A program made the translations under genes and the position numbers. A DNA stretch of 64,000 nt, from the NCBI GenBank assembly GCA_040268405.1, contig JAWRIR010000142.1, forward strand, positions 478 to 64,477. Direction: 5' to 3'. The notes beneath the pieces were generated by a model that was not told where the DNA came from, made no database searches, and saw nothing but the letters and a program-made list of their open reading frames with translations. This document shows positions 30,051 to 39,777 of this stretch, piece after piece. Each line of letters starts with the position of its first letter. Within the stretch, counting starts at the first letter, position 1. This DNA comes from Thermoproteota archaeon. Lineage in GTDB: Archaea > Thermoproteota > Bathyarchaeia > Bathyarchaeales > Bathycorpusculaceae.

Positions 30051-30857
30051 ATGGAGAACACAAAGTTGACCCTTTATTCCCTTGCATTAAAAACCGCTAT
30101 AGATGAAATACGAAACGTAACCCCTGAAGTATCCTGCGCATTTGTTTTCAAGCAAGACGGCGAAGTTATAGCTCAAGATGACGACGCCAAACCGAAAACC
30201 ATACAGGAAGCTATACAGTTCTTCAACGAAATGACCTCACGCATGGGCACTGTCGGAGGCTTTGAGAACCTGTCAATCAGAGGTCGCAGTGGTCAAGTTA
30301 CCTTTACTGAATGTGTGGACGGGTTTTATTTGGGCACTGTTTCTTCAAAAATGGTTGACGAAAAAACATTGTTTGTCTTAAACCACATTGTAGTCCCAGT
30401 AATCATTAAAGTTATTCAGCAAATGCCCCAGAACAGCATAGTTCCTGCAGTAGTTGCAAGTGAAGCAAAACTTGAAGAGCCAAAACAGGAACAGCTGATC
30501 GAAGAAGCAAAATCTGAAAATGCTCCAGTTGTGCAACCGGAAAAGATTGAGGAGGAGGTTCTGCCTAAAGCGCCTGTTCACCAGTTTATGGTTGAAAAAA
30601 TCAGCGGGTTGCTTGTCGCATCAGATACTGTTCGTATTGATGGCGATGTTATTGCAAGTTGGGATCAACTTTACGAGGGCAGATTTATTGATCAAGTAAC
30701 TGTTGAATCTTTGAAAATGAAAAAGATTACGTGCAAGTTCAAGCCTATTAAAGAAACCAGAAACACTGCTAAAGGCATAGTTCAGGTTCCTGAAAGAATC
30801 TTGCAAACGCTTGAAGTTTCAAAAGGCGAGTTAGTTATGATTACACCGGTGATTTAA
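30051..30857 (+). CDS. Roadblock/LC7-like domain protein with C-terminal beta-barrel-like domain
   Basis: AIDEIRNVTPEVSCAFVFKQDGEVIA N-terminus; Glu/Pro linker; GIVQVPERILQTLEVSKGELVMI C-terminus. Confidence 0.6.
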   Translation: MENTKLTLYSLALKTAIDEIRNVTPEVSCAFVFKQDGEVIAQDDDAKPKTIQEAIQFFNEMTSRMGTVGGFENLSIRGRSGQVTFTECVDGFYLGTVSSKMVDEKTLFVLNHIVVPVIIKVIQQMPQNSIVPAVVASEAKLEEPKQEQLIEEAKSENAPVVQPEKIEEEVLPKAPVHQFMVEKISGLLVASDTVRIDGDVIASWDQLYEGRFIDQVTVESLKMKKITCKFKPIKETRNTAKGIVQVPERILQTLEVSKGELVMITPVI

Positions 30858-30870
30858 AGAGGCGAAAAAG

Positions 30871-31305
30871 ATGGGTAAAAACCAAAGCATTACTGAAAAC
30901 TCAACTACTGTGTTTGTTGAAGACGCAACGGTTAAACCGGTTGAGGAAGAAAACTTTGAATACACAAGCCTAAACGACGCGTTAGTAGAAATAAGGAAAA
31001 CATCTGGCGTGACAGGTTACATTCTTAAAAGCCAAACATCAGCCACCATAGACTTAAACGATACAAACAAGCTTGTTGACTATTCATTGTTAACTTCTGC
31101 AGTTATGGATTCAAGCCTCGCAGCGCAGAAACTTTTTGGCATTGGAAAAGTTGAAAGCATCACTGTGGAAGGCAAAACTGTCAAAGCACTCTGTATAGTT
31201 AAAGGTGAGAACAGGGCAAGCATTTTTATGGAAAAGACAGTTGACGACGCTGATGTGTTGGCAAAAATTGAAAACAAGTTGTCAACACCTAAAACGGCGC
31301 CGTAA
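30871..31305 (+). CDS. Roadblock/LC7-like domain protein
   Basis: LNDALVEIRKTSGVTGYIL...GIGKVESITVEGKTVKALCIVKGENRASIFM. Confidence 0.65.
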   Translation: MGKNQSITENSTTVFVEDATVKPVEEENFEYTSLNDALVEIRKTSGVTGYILKSQTSATIDLNDTNKLVDYSLLTSAVMDSSLAAQKLFGIGKVESITVEGKTVKALCIVKGENRASIFMEKTVDDADVLAKIENKLSTPKTAP

Positions 31306-31313
31306 ACCCTTTT

Positions 31314-31523
31314 TTAGCTTGTTTGTGGTACGAGTTTTCTAAAGTCAGAATTTAGTTTTACTTTTAACCCTTCAGGGTCAAGAACTACAAGTTCATAATC
31401 CGAAAGAAAGGTCACCAGTTCGTTTATCTCGAAATCGCTAAAGTCAATGTTTCGGCGAAGTGAATCTATTGAGTGCCAGTGTCCGTCGTCAAGAAGGTCT
31501 AAAGCCCATTCAATCTTTGTCAT
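31314..31523 (-). CDS. Small winged-helix protein
   Basis: LDLLDDGHWHSIDSL...EINELVTFLSDYELV. Confidence 0.6.
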   Translation of the reverse strand: MTKIEWALDLLDDGHWHSIDSLRRNIDFSDFEINELVTFLSDYELVVLDPEGLKVKLNSDFRKLVPQTS

Positions 31524-31756
31524 TTTCTTTTTCTCCTTTCTGTTAATCTCCCATTTTCGGTTTTAAAAGAGTTTTGAGCTTTAGTTTTAGAATTAAACTA
31601 TAGAAAAAACTCTAAATCATCTGTTTCAACCCAAAAACCAGAGCCAAGCAAAAAATAAAGCTTCAAAAACTTTTAGCGACACAAGTTTTGTCATTAAAAG
31701 TAGCATAAAACCTTATATTTTCAGTCTGAGCCCTACTTGCTTTAGAGGAACTTTAC

Positions 31757-32836
31757 ATGCACAAGAAACTTCTAATTCCTGGACCAACAGAAGTTAGTAA
31801 AGAAATTCTAGATGAACAAACCCGTTATCTTATAGGCCACCGAGAAAAAGAATTCTCAACATTATACGGAGGAATCACTGACAAATTAACCAGTTTCTTC
31901 CAGTTAACACCCGACATCAAACCCACAGTCACCACCGGATCAGGCACACTGTGGTTTGACATCGTCGCAAGAAGCGTAGTAAAACAAAAAGCACTAGCAT
32001 GCGTAAATGGCGCTTTCTCCAAAAGAGCAGCAACAACACTTCAAGCATGCGGCAAAGAAACTGACATACTTGAAGTGGAAATGGGCAAAGCAATCAAGCC
32101 AGACATGGTTGCAGAGAAACTTGAAAACGGCGGATACGACACCGTTACAGTTTGCCACAACGAAACCTCCACTGGTGTTCGTAGCCCAATAAAAGAAATT
32201 GCTCAAATGATACGCAAAGACTACCCAGACGTCATCTTAGCTGTTGACGCTGTATCTTCAATTGCAGGTGACAAACTAATCCCGTCAGAAATCGGATGCG
32301 ACATCATCTTTGGCTCAACCCAGAAATGCTTCGCGTTGCCGCCAGGTTTAGCAGTTGCACTTGTTAATGACCGTGCTGTTGAGCGTGCAAAAACAGTGCC
32401 TAACCGAGGTTCATACACTGACATGGTTGAAATCTTCGAGTTCGAGAAGAAACATCAAACACCATTCACTCCAAACATTAGCCTGTTGTACGCACTTGAC
32501 AAACGCATGGACCTGCTGCTTGCTGAAACCTACGACAAAGTCTACCAACGTCACCTTGACATGGCAAACTACACTCAAGAGTGGGCCAAGAAGAACTTTG
32601 CAATGTTCCCAGAACCAGGATACGAGTCAATCACTGTTAGCTGCATAAGTAACACTCAGAACAAAGACGTCAAAGCATTAAACCAGCAACTTGGCGAAAG
32701 AGGCTACATGATTTCCGGCGGCTACGGCAAAATGGCAGATAAAACCTTCCGCATTGGCCACATGGGTGAATGGAACCTTGATGGCATCAAGCAGGTTATC
32801 AGCCTAATTGACGAGCTCTGGGGACTTGGTAAGTGA
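31757..32836 (+). CDS. Class V PLP aminotransferase (probable phosphoserine aminotransferase)
   Basis: LIPGPT, HNETSTGV, VDAVSS, STQK(PLP), FRIGHMG; upstream of serA. Confidence 0.9.
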   Translation: MHKKLLIPGPTEVSKEILDEQTRYLIGHREKEFSTLYGGITDKLTSFFQLTPDIKPTVTTGSGTLWFDIVARSVVKQKALACVNGAFSKRAATTLQACGKETDILEVEMGKAIKPDMVAEKLENGGYDTVTVCHNETSTGVRSPIKEIAQMIRKDYPDVILAVDAVSSIAGDKLIPSEIGCDIIFGSTQKCFALPPGLAVALVNDRAVERAKTVPNRGSYTDMVEIFEFEKKHQTPFTPNISLLYALDKRMDLLLAETYDKVYQRHLDMANYTQEWAKKNFAMFPEPGYESITVSCISNTQNKDVKALNQQLGERGYMISGGYGKMADKTFRIGHMGEWNLDGIKQVISLIDELWGLGK

Positions 32837-33729
32837 CCATTAAAATCCTCATCAGCGACAAAATCTCAGATGACGGAATAAAAATACTGCAAGAAAAAGG
32901 CTACCAAGTCACCACGGCTTGGGACATGCCTAAAATTGACCTCCCAAAAATAATCGTTGACTATGACGTTTTAATTGTCAGGTCAGCAACCAAAGTCAAA
33001 GGCGAACTTTTAGCTAACGCAAAAAAACTCAAAATAATCGCCCGCGCAGGCGAAGGCTTAGACAATGTTGACTTCCAAAAAGCAAACGAACTTGGCATAA
33101 AAGTCGTCAACACCCCGCACGTTAGCTACATGAGCGTTGCCGAACTCGCTTTAGGATACATTATTGCTCTTGCAAGAAACATTGTACAGGGCACCATTAG
33201 TATGCGTGAAGGCAAATGGGAAAAAGAACGTCTCATGGGTACTGAAATTAACGGAAAAACCCTTGGCGTGATTGGCTGCGGATACATTGGCAGAACGGTG
33301 GAACGTTTCGCTATCCAGATGGGCATGAAAGTTGTAGCGGTTGAAGAATGCGTATATGACCGTTTTGTGCCCTTGGACGATATGCTGCCTAAAGCTGACT
33401 TCATCACAATTCATGTGCCGCTTAGCCCCTTGACTAAACATATGATTTCAACTAAAGAATTTGAAAAAATGAAAACTGGCGTCATGATAGTTGACTGCTC
33501 CCGCGGTGGAGTAATTGACCAAGAAGCATTGTATCAAGCGTTGGTTTCAGGCAAAGTTAAAGCCGCAGCTTTAGATGTTTTCGAAGAAGAACCGCCAAAA
33601 AACAGTAAGCTGCTGACATTGCCTAATGTTATAGCTACTCCACATATGGGTGCTCAAACTGAAGAGGCACAGTTAAAGGCTAGTGTGCAGATAGCTAACC
33701 GAGTTATTGAAGTCTTAGAAAAACAGTGA
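32833..33729 (+). CDS. serA: D-3-phosphoglycerate dehydrogenase (short type, no ACT domain)
   Basis: IVRSATKV, RAGEGLDNVD, GVIGCGYIG, ITIHVPL, DVFEEEPP, TPHMGAQT. Confidence 0.85.
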   Translation: MTIKILISDKISDDGIKILQEKGYQVTTAWDMPKIDLPKIIVDYDVLIVRSATKVKGELLANAKKLKIIARAGEGLDNVDFQKANELGIKVVNTPHVSYMSVAELALGYIIALARNIVQGTISMREGKWEKERLMGTEINGKTLGVIGCGYIGRTVERFAIQMGMKVVAVEECVYDRFVPLDDMLPKADFITIHVPLSPLTKHMISTKEFEKMKTGVMIVDCSRGGVIDQEALYQALVSGKVKAAALDVFEEEPPKNSKLLTLPNVIATPHMGAQTEEAQLKASVQIANRVIEVLEKQ

Positions 33730-33740
33730 GCGGATGACGT

Positions 33741-35018
33741 TTGGTTGACATAAGACCCTTTAGAGCAATAAAGTACACTCCTAAAGCGGGCAACCCCGAA
33801 GATTTGGTTACCCAGCCTTACGACAAAATTTCTCCTGAAATGCAAAAAGAATACTATGAAAAGTCACCCTACAATTACTGCCGCTTAATCCTGCCCGTTG
33901 AAGCTGACAAATATAATGTTGCGGCGCAGCGCATTCAGCAATGGCTAAAAGATGATGTAATGGAACGCACTCCGCAACCGGCAATTTTTGTTTCACGCCA
34001 AGAATACAGTATCCACGGCAAAAAACTTGCCCGCACCGGTTTGATTGCTGCACTGCGTTTGTATCCTTACAGCGAAAACATGGTTTTTCCACACGAGTTT
34101 ACTCATTCAGCACCCAAAGCAGACCGTTTAAACATGCTGCGAACAGTGCAGAAAGACCTTGAACAAGTTTTCCTAATGTACCCAGACTCGGAAAACAAGA
34201 CGATAGATTTCTTTAAAGAAATAGCCAAAACCGCCCCGTTAGCCCAAGTCACCGACCCAGATGGCGTAGAACATACTGTCTGGCAAGTTACCGACCCCGA
34301 AAAAATCAGTTTCATTCAGCAAGTGCTCAGCGAAAAGAAAATGGTCATCAACGATGGTCACCACCGTTACGAAAGCGCCATTGCTTACCGCGATGAAATG
34401 CGTGCCAAAGGTGACTGGTCTGAAGATTCAGCGTTTAACTTTCACATGTGCTACATGGTTCCCGTGCAGGACGAGGGCTTAGTGGTGCGACCAACACACC
34501 GTCTGCTTAAAGACGCAAAGATTACACCAGCGGTTATGGAAGAATTCAAACGTTACTTCACCGTCACTGGTATCGCTCCAACTGTTGAGGCTATTGACAA
34601 CTATCTTGCAAGTCACATAAACGAGCACGCCTTCTGTGTTTACGATGGCAAAACCGCTTACGGCTTAACCATGAAACACGAAGAAAGCGTTTACCAATAC
34701 GTTTCTGCCCACACCTCAAAAGAAACTAAAATCTTTGACGTAGTTATTCTGCGCGATATTGTCTTTAAGGTTATTCTGAAAACTGGCGAGCTCAAAATTG
34801 ACGAAGGTATCCTTTACGAACGTTGGGCAAAAGATGCATTAACAAAAGTTGACCAAGGCAAAGCCAGCGTTGCGTTTCTCGTAAACCCAATCAGCGCAAA
34901 AGCCGTGGCAGAACTGGCCCTGCAACATGAACGTTTGCCGGAGAAAAGCACGGATTTCTATCCGAAGCCATTGTCCGGTTTTATTATGATGGACATTTCG
35001 GCGTCTGAAAAACTTTAA
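33741..35018 (+). CDS. DUF1015-family protein
   Basis: IRPFRAIKY, QPYD, PHEFT, DGHHRYE, PEKSTDFYPKPLSG. Confidence 0.88.
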   Translation: MVDIRPFRAIKYTPKAGNPEDLVTQPYDKISPEMQKEYYEKSPYNYCRLILPVEADKYNVAAQRIQQWLKDDVMERTPQPAIFVSRQEYSIHGKKLARTGLIAALRLYPYSENMVFPHEFTHSAPKADRLNMLRTVQKDLEQVFLMYPDSENKTIDFFKEIAKTAPLAQVTDPDGVEHTVWQVTDPEKISFIQQVLSEKKMVINDGHHRYESAIAYRDEMRAKGDWSEDSAFNFHMCYMVPVQDEGLVVRPTHRLLKDAKITPAVMEEFKRYFTVTGIAPTVEAIDNYLASHINEHAFCVYDGKTAYGLTMKHEESVYQYVSAHTSKETKIFDVVILRDIVFKVILKTGELKIDEGILYERWAKDALTKVDQGKASVAFLVNPISAKAVAELALQHERLPEKSTDFYPKPLSGFIMMDISASEKL

Positions 35019-35111
35019 ATTTTTATTCATTTTTTTATTTTGTTTTTTTAATTGATAGAAATGGTTATTAGCTTCTTAACGCTTGAAAATTGTTAAGGAG
35101 CATCCTTTTTT

Positions 35112-35813
35112 ATGGCTGAAGTCAAACCGCCTAATGTTAAAGCCTCAAAAAAATACGTTGCAGAATTTGTTGGGACTTTGGTTCTTGTTTTGTCGGGTTG
35201 CGGTAGCGCTGTTATTGCAGGCAATTATATTGGGAATCTGGGTGTGTCTTTTGCTTTTGGTCTTTCTGTGTTAGTGATGGTTTATGCTATTGGTAGTGTT
35301 TCAGGTTGTCACATTAACCCTGCCATTTCTATAGCTATGTTGGCGGCTGGAAAATTAAGTGTTAAAGACACTATCTTTTATGTTCTATTCCAATGTGTAG
35401 GTGCAATAATCGGTGCAGGTATACTCTATTCGATTGCTATTGGAGTCCCATCATTCAATATTGCCATAAACGGTTTAGCTCAAAACGGTTATGGAATTGC
35501 CTCGCCAGCTGGCTACTCGCTTACTGCTGCAATAATTTCTGAAATAGTATTCTCTTTCATTTTCATTCTTGTTGTTTTTGGTTCATTAAGCGAAAAAGCA
35601 CCCAAAGGATTCGCTGGAATAGCAATTGGACTCGCCCTGTTATTAGCACACCTAGTTTTAATACCGATAACCAACGCCAGTGTTAACCCAGCTAGAAGTT
35701 TAGGTCCAGCTGTGTTTGTGGGTGGCTTAGCATTAGAACAACTTTGGCTGTTTTGGGTTGCACCAATAATAGGTGGACTTTTAGCTGCCTTAGTATGGAA
35801 AATCATGAAATAA
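35112..35813 (+). CDS. aqpZ: Aquaporin (MIP family)
   Basis: SGCHINPA and SVNPARS NPA boxes; six TM helices. Confidence 0.93.
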   Translation: MAEVKPPNVKASKKYVAEFVGTLVLVLSGCGSAVIAGNYIGNLGVSFAFGLSVLVMVYAIGSVSGCHINPAISIAMLAAGKLSVKDTIFYVLFQCVGAIIGAGILYSIAIGVPSFNIAINGLAQNGYGIASPAGYSLTAAIISEIVFSFIFILVVFGSLSEKAPKGFAGIAIGLALLLAHLVLIPITNASVNPARSLGPAVFVGGLALEQLWLFWVAPIIGGLLAALVWKIMK

Positions 35814-35865
35814 AAACTAAAAAATTAGTGAGCGCCCAAACTCTCCCTTTTATGGGCTTCAAAAA

Positions 35866-36012
35866 TTATTTTGTATATTTTATTGGTTGGCGTTTAAATT
35901 TTTTCTTGCAGATGATGCTGCAGAAATGGTAAGTTTCGCCTTCGTAAGTAATCTTGAACTTGGCTGTGTTCTCGTCTAGAACCATGCCGCAAACTGGGTC
36001 TCTAAATGACAT
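35866..36012 (-). CDS. YHS-domain small protein (below the ORF-track cut-off)
   Basis: Manual translation MSFRDPVCGMVLDENTAKFKITYEGETYHFCSIICKKKFKRQPIKYTK*. Confidence 0.85.
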   Translation of the reverse strand: MSFRDPVCGMVLDENTAKFKITYEGETYHFCSIICKKKFKRQPIKYTK

Positions 36013-36179
36013 TCTCTGGGTTAAACCTCAGTGAAGATTATACTTGCCATCATTTATGGTTAGTGGTAAAACAATAACAAAGCCTCAAGATGCAAATGGT
36101 CCTTTTAGCATTGTTTTCTGTTATTCTCTGCTGTTAGTAACATATTTATTTGTGGTGAACAACCATTTGTAAGCCATCA

Positions 36180-36785
36180 ATGGCTGACATGAGTGGCTTA
36201 AAAGCAATGAAAAATATAATCAAAAAACTATTCCAATGGTGTCCTCAACCGCCTCAAACAGTTAACAACAAGTCAGTCCTAACGGCAGCCCTAAAATTCT
36301 CACCAAAAATATTGGCCGCTCTTATTGTGTTAGAGATTTTTGTGTTGCTGGTTGCACCTATAACATATTTGGCCCTTTTAGGCCCAACAGTTGTTTACAC
36401 GGAAGGAAAAATAATGCCCTTAACAGAAGAACAAATCAAAACCTCATGGCCAAACCTTCCCACAGGTGACGAAATAAAAAGCAGTGGTGTTCAGTACAAT
36501 TTCTTCAATAGTTACTCTAACATCGAAAACTGTGCAAGAATTAACATGTTCGCCAATATGGGTATTATGCATCTTCCTATAAGATACTCTGTTTACGTGC
36601 CAGATAGTTCAGGTTGCTGGATAGAAGTACCAGACCAATTTCTTGCCACCGAAAATCCCCCGGTAATTCAGCCAGACGGGTTCATGGGCACTTATTTGCC
36701 ATTAAGCTATGGTGTTATAGTGTCAATAATTATAGGGTTAACAATTGGAATAGGTGTTCTTCTGATTTTACGAAATAGGCGTTAA
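36180..36785 (+). CDS. Two-TM membrane protein with extracellular loop
   Basis: KKLFQWCPQP N-terminus; TM, loop, TM, basic tail; start may be ATG 36207. Confidence 0.7.
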   Translation: MADMSGLKAMKNIIKKLFQWCPQPPQTVNNKSVLTAALKFSPKILAALIVLEIFVLLVAPITYLALLGPTVVYTEGKIMPLTEEQIKTSWPNLPTGDEIKSSGVQYNFFNSYSNIENCARINMFANMGIMHLPIRYSVYVPDSSGCWIEVPDQFLATENPPVIQPDGFMGTYLPLSYGVIVSIIIGLTIGIGVLLILRNRR

Positions 36786-36888
36786 AAAAGGGTAGTTGCT
36801 ATTACAATTGCCCTGTTAACAGTGCTCAAAATGGGAAAGTAAGCGGCTTTTTAAAAAACATAAAAGGAAAAAAGGTTAATTATTAGTT

Positions 36889-37842
36889 ATGAAGAAGCTG
36901 GTGGTTTTTGCCCTTCTCGTTTTAGGGCTTTTAACTTCTTCCTCAGTGTTGGGATTAATTAGCTTGGCTCAAGCAAACCCTGGTCCAGCAACCCAGATTC
37001 CACCAGTTGTTAACGTACCCAACATGCAAATCAAAGCCCAAATACTCAGAACCGAAAAAGAAGCACTGGCGACAGTTGATGTAACTTACACAATGAAAAC
37101 ACGTTACGGCTATGGGGACAGTTTTCTCTCTGAAAACTGGGGAATGAACATGATGGTTGACCCTTCACAATACGTCGAAGTTACAGTGGTCTATGATAAC
37201 CTAGACGCCTACTACCCAATTCCCCCTAACGCCACAAATGTATCCTTCAAAATTAACAATGATAACCTTAACTGGACCCAAAAACACATACACAACTACC
37301 ACCTTTTTGACACTTATTTAACCGAAGTTACGTGGAGAATAAACAAGGTTTTAGACAGTTTCCAGATAACCGCCCATTACGAGGTTCCTTTAGAGAAAAC
37401 ACCAGAAATCTACAGTTATCTGGGCGAGTATGCTTTGATAATTCCGCTTGGCGCACAATTTGGACTTAAAGAAGCAGCCTCAAACTACAATTCTTACCAC
37501 TGGTTCGATAATTCGTCGGCAGATTTTTCTATCCAAACTGACGAAAGCTTTGGAGACATAGTAGCCTACTCAATAGATGGCTTAGGCACATTAGAACAGC
37601 TTGACTCTACCCTTACAGGGCAAGACAAAACATCCCAGACTGACTTTACTGTATCAGTGCCTGACCTTTCAAACTCCGCAACCAAGTCTATACATGGAGC
37701 AGTTGTAATACTGAATAATCAAAAACAAGACGTAACTGAGCAAAATACACAAACAGTCCCCCTCATAGCAGCGGCAACAATAGCGATCATTTTAGTAATA
37801 GTCATCACCGTGCTAATTTACCTAAAGAAGCGGCGACAATAA
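36889..37842 (+). CDS. Cell-surface protein with C-terminal TM anchor
   Basis: Signal peptide; beta-rich body; TM plus YLKKRRQ tail. Confidence 0.8.
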   Translation: MKKLVVFALLVLGLLTSSSVLGLISLAQANPGPATQIPPVVNVPNMQIKAQILRTEKEALATVDVTYTMKTRYGYGDSFLSENWGMNMMVDPSQYVEVTVVYDNLDAYYPIPPNATNVSFKINNDNLNWTQKHIHNYHLFDTYLTEVTWRINKVLDSFQITAHYEVPLEKTPEIYSYLGEYALIIPLGAQFGLKEAASNYNSYHWFDNSSADFSIQTDESFGDIVAYSIDGLGTLEQLDSTLTGQDKTSQTDFTVSVPDLSNSATKSIHGAVVILNNQKQDVTEQNTQTVPLIAAATIAIILVIVITVLIYLKKRRQ

Positions 37843-37926
37843 AAAACAAGTCTTTGAGAATTAGGGGAAAGCGTGTATTTGATAACAGCAAATTAACAAT
37901 TGTAAATAAAAGAAAAGGTTGCTTCT

Positions 37927-39120
37927 TTAGTAGAAGCTTTGGATTCCTGAGTCTTCTTGCTCAGTTTTGGCTTTTGCAGAAACGATTTCTTCAATTCTGG
38001 TTTTGGTTAGGGCTTTGATGTTGTGGAAGTTGCTTAATTCGCCGTAGCTGACAAGTGTGATGGCTGTTCCTTCGGTGCCTTTGCGTGCGGTTCTGCCGAT
38101 GCGGTGGAAATAGACTGGTGGGTCGTTTGGTACGTCGTAGTTGATGATGTGTGTGATGCCTTGAATGTCTAAGCCTCTTGCGGCGACGTCAGTTGCTACG
38201 AGCAGGCTTAATCTGCCGGAGCGGAAGTCGTTGATTGCGCGGTCTCTTTGTGCTTGTGTGAAGCCAGCGTGTAGTGCTTGGACGCGGAAGCCTTTGCGGT
38301 GCATTTGTTCTGAAACTTTGCTGGTGTCTCGGCGGGTTCTGCAGAAGATTATGGCTTTTTCTACATCGTCTTGGTGTAGAATGCTGCAGAGGGCTTCGAA
38401 TTTGCCGCTTTGGTTGACAACAGTGTATAACTGTTTCATTTGGGTGACTGCGATTTCGTCTTTGCTTACAAGGATTTGTTCTGGGTTTTTCATGTACTTG
38501 TTGCAGACACGCATTACTTGTTTGTCAATGGTTGCACTGAAAAGGCTTGTTTGTCTTTCGTGTGGTGTTCTGGAAAGAATGTATTCCACGTCTTCCATAA
38601 AGCCCATGTCGAGCATGCGGTCCGCTTCATCCAAAACAACAATTTTGACTGAAGCCAAGTTAAGTACACGACGTTCCATTAAGTCGATTACTCGTCCGGG
38701 TGTACCAACAACGATGTGAACTGTGCCGTTTAAAGCGTGAATCTGCTTGTTGATGGATTCTCCACCATAAACTGCTAAAACGCGGATTTTTGCGTATTTG
38801 CCGAATTTTGCAATGTTTTCGGCTACTTGGACGGCTAATTCACGTGTTGGAACCAAGATTAAACCTTGTACGCCTTTAACGTGGGCGTCTAACCGTTGAA
38901 CCATTGGTACACCGAAAGCGGCAGTTTTGCCTGTTCCGGTTTGTGCTTGCCCAATAACGTCTTTGCCTTCAAGCAAGGGTGTTATTGCTTGGGCTTGAAT
39001 CGGAAAAAGAGCATCAAACCCTATTTCTTTTAAACTTTTCAAAACTTCCCCACTTAAGGGTAAGTCTTTAAATGATTGTACTTGCAAATCTATTTTTTCT
39101 CCTGCCACAGAAAAGTTCAT
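37927..39120 (-). CDS. DEAD-box RNA helicase
   Basis: Q motif, AQTGTGKT, PTRELA, DEAD, SAT, ARGLD, HRIGRTAR; start may be TTG 39087 after GGAG. Confidence 0.96.
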   Translation of the reverse strand: MNFSVAGEKIDLQVQSFKDLPLSGEVLKSLKEIGFDALFPIQAQAITPLLEGKDVIGQAQTGTGKTAAFGVPMVQRLDAHVKGVQGLILVPTRELAVQVAENIAKFGKYAKIRVLAVYGGESINKQIHALNGTVHIVVGTPGRVIDLMERRVLNLASVKIVVLDEADRMLDMGFMEDVEYILSRTPHERQTSLFSATIDKQVMRVCNKYMKNPEQILVSKDEIAVTQMKQLYTVVNQSGKFEALCSILHQDDVEKAIIFCRTRRDTSKVSEQMHRKGFRVQALHAGFTQAQRDRAINDFRSGRLSLLVATDVAARGLDIQGITHIINYDVPNDPPVYFHRIGRTARKGTEGTAITLVSYGELSNFHNIKALTKTRIEEIVSAKAKTEQEDSGIQSFY

Positions 39121-39413
39121 GCCATTTTGTTCGAAAGCTCAGGAGCTTAGGTTATACATGAGTTAATGTGACACTTCCATTCATTCTGTAGGGCGCATAT
39201 AAAAAGATTTGTAAGTCCAAAATTGGAACAGAACGTGAAATAACCAATATTTCGGGTTTAATTGCCTAATAAAACCGCTAAATTGCCCATTATCCAAACA
39301 ATGCCTATGAGTTGTGGTTGTTAAGGTACAGTCACAAATCTAAATGTAGTTTAGTTTTCTCAGAAGATAAGCAATCAGTTGGTTCCACACAACAAAACGG
39401 ATGGAAAAAACAA

Positions 39414-39686
39414 ATGGGAAAAGCTAGACGAAAAGTGCCGCCACCATACTTTTACAGTGGCGAACATGAAGCAAAAACCGAAGAGGAAAATGAAACATCA
39501 GACGCTTATGATACTGCACAAAGAGAACAAATGCTTGATGACGACGAAATAACCGCTGCCGAAGCGGGATTCATGCGGGGCAGAGAACAAGAACCTCCAA
39601 GCAAAAAGGTCACAAGACGCAACGCAATAAGTCATGCTGATTCAACCTCGGTCGAGCTTGCTAAAGCAGAAAGCGAAGAAGACTAG
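39414..39686 (+). CDS. Small acidic hypothetical protein
   Basis: MGKARRK...DDDEITAAEAGFMRG...; ATG 39414 preferred. Confidence 0.7.
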   Translation: MGKARRKVPPPYFYSGEHEAKTEEENETSDAYDTAQREQMLDDDEITAAEAGFMRGREQEPPSKKVTRRNAISHADSTSVELAKAESEED

Positions 39687-39777
39687 CTGCTCAACTAAAA
39701 TTGAACCTGCGTTTACCTATTTTTTTAGCGTTAAGCTTGAAAATTAGAAACCCATAAAAACGCACTTACTCACTGTT

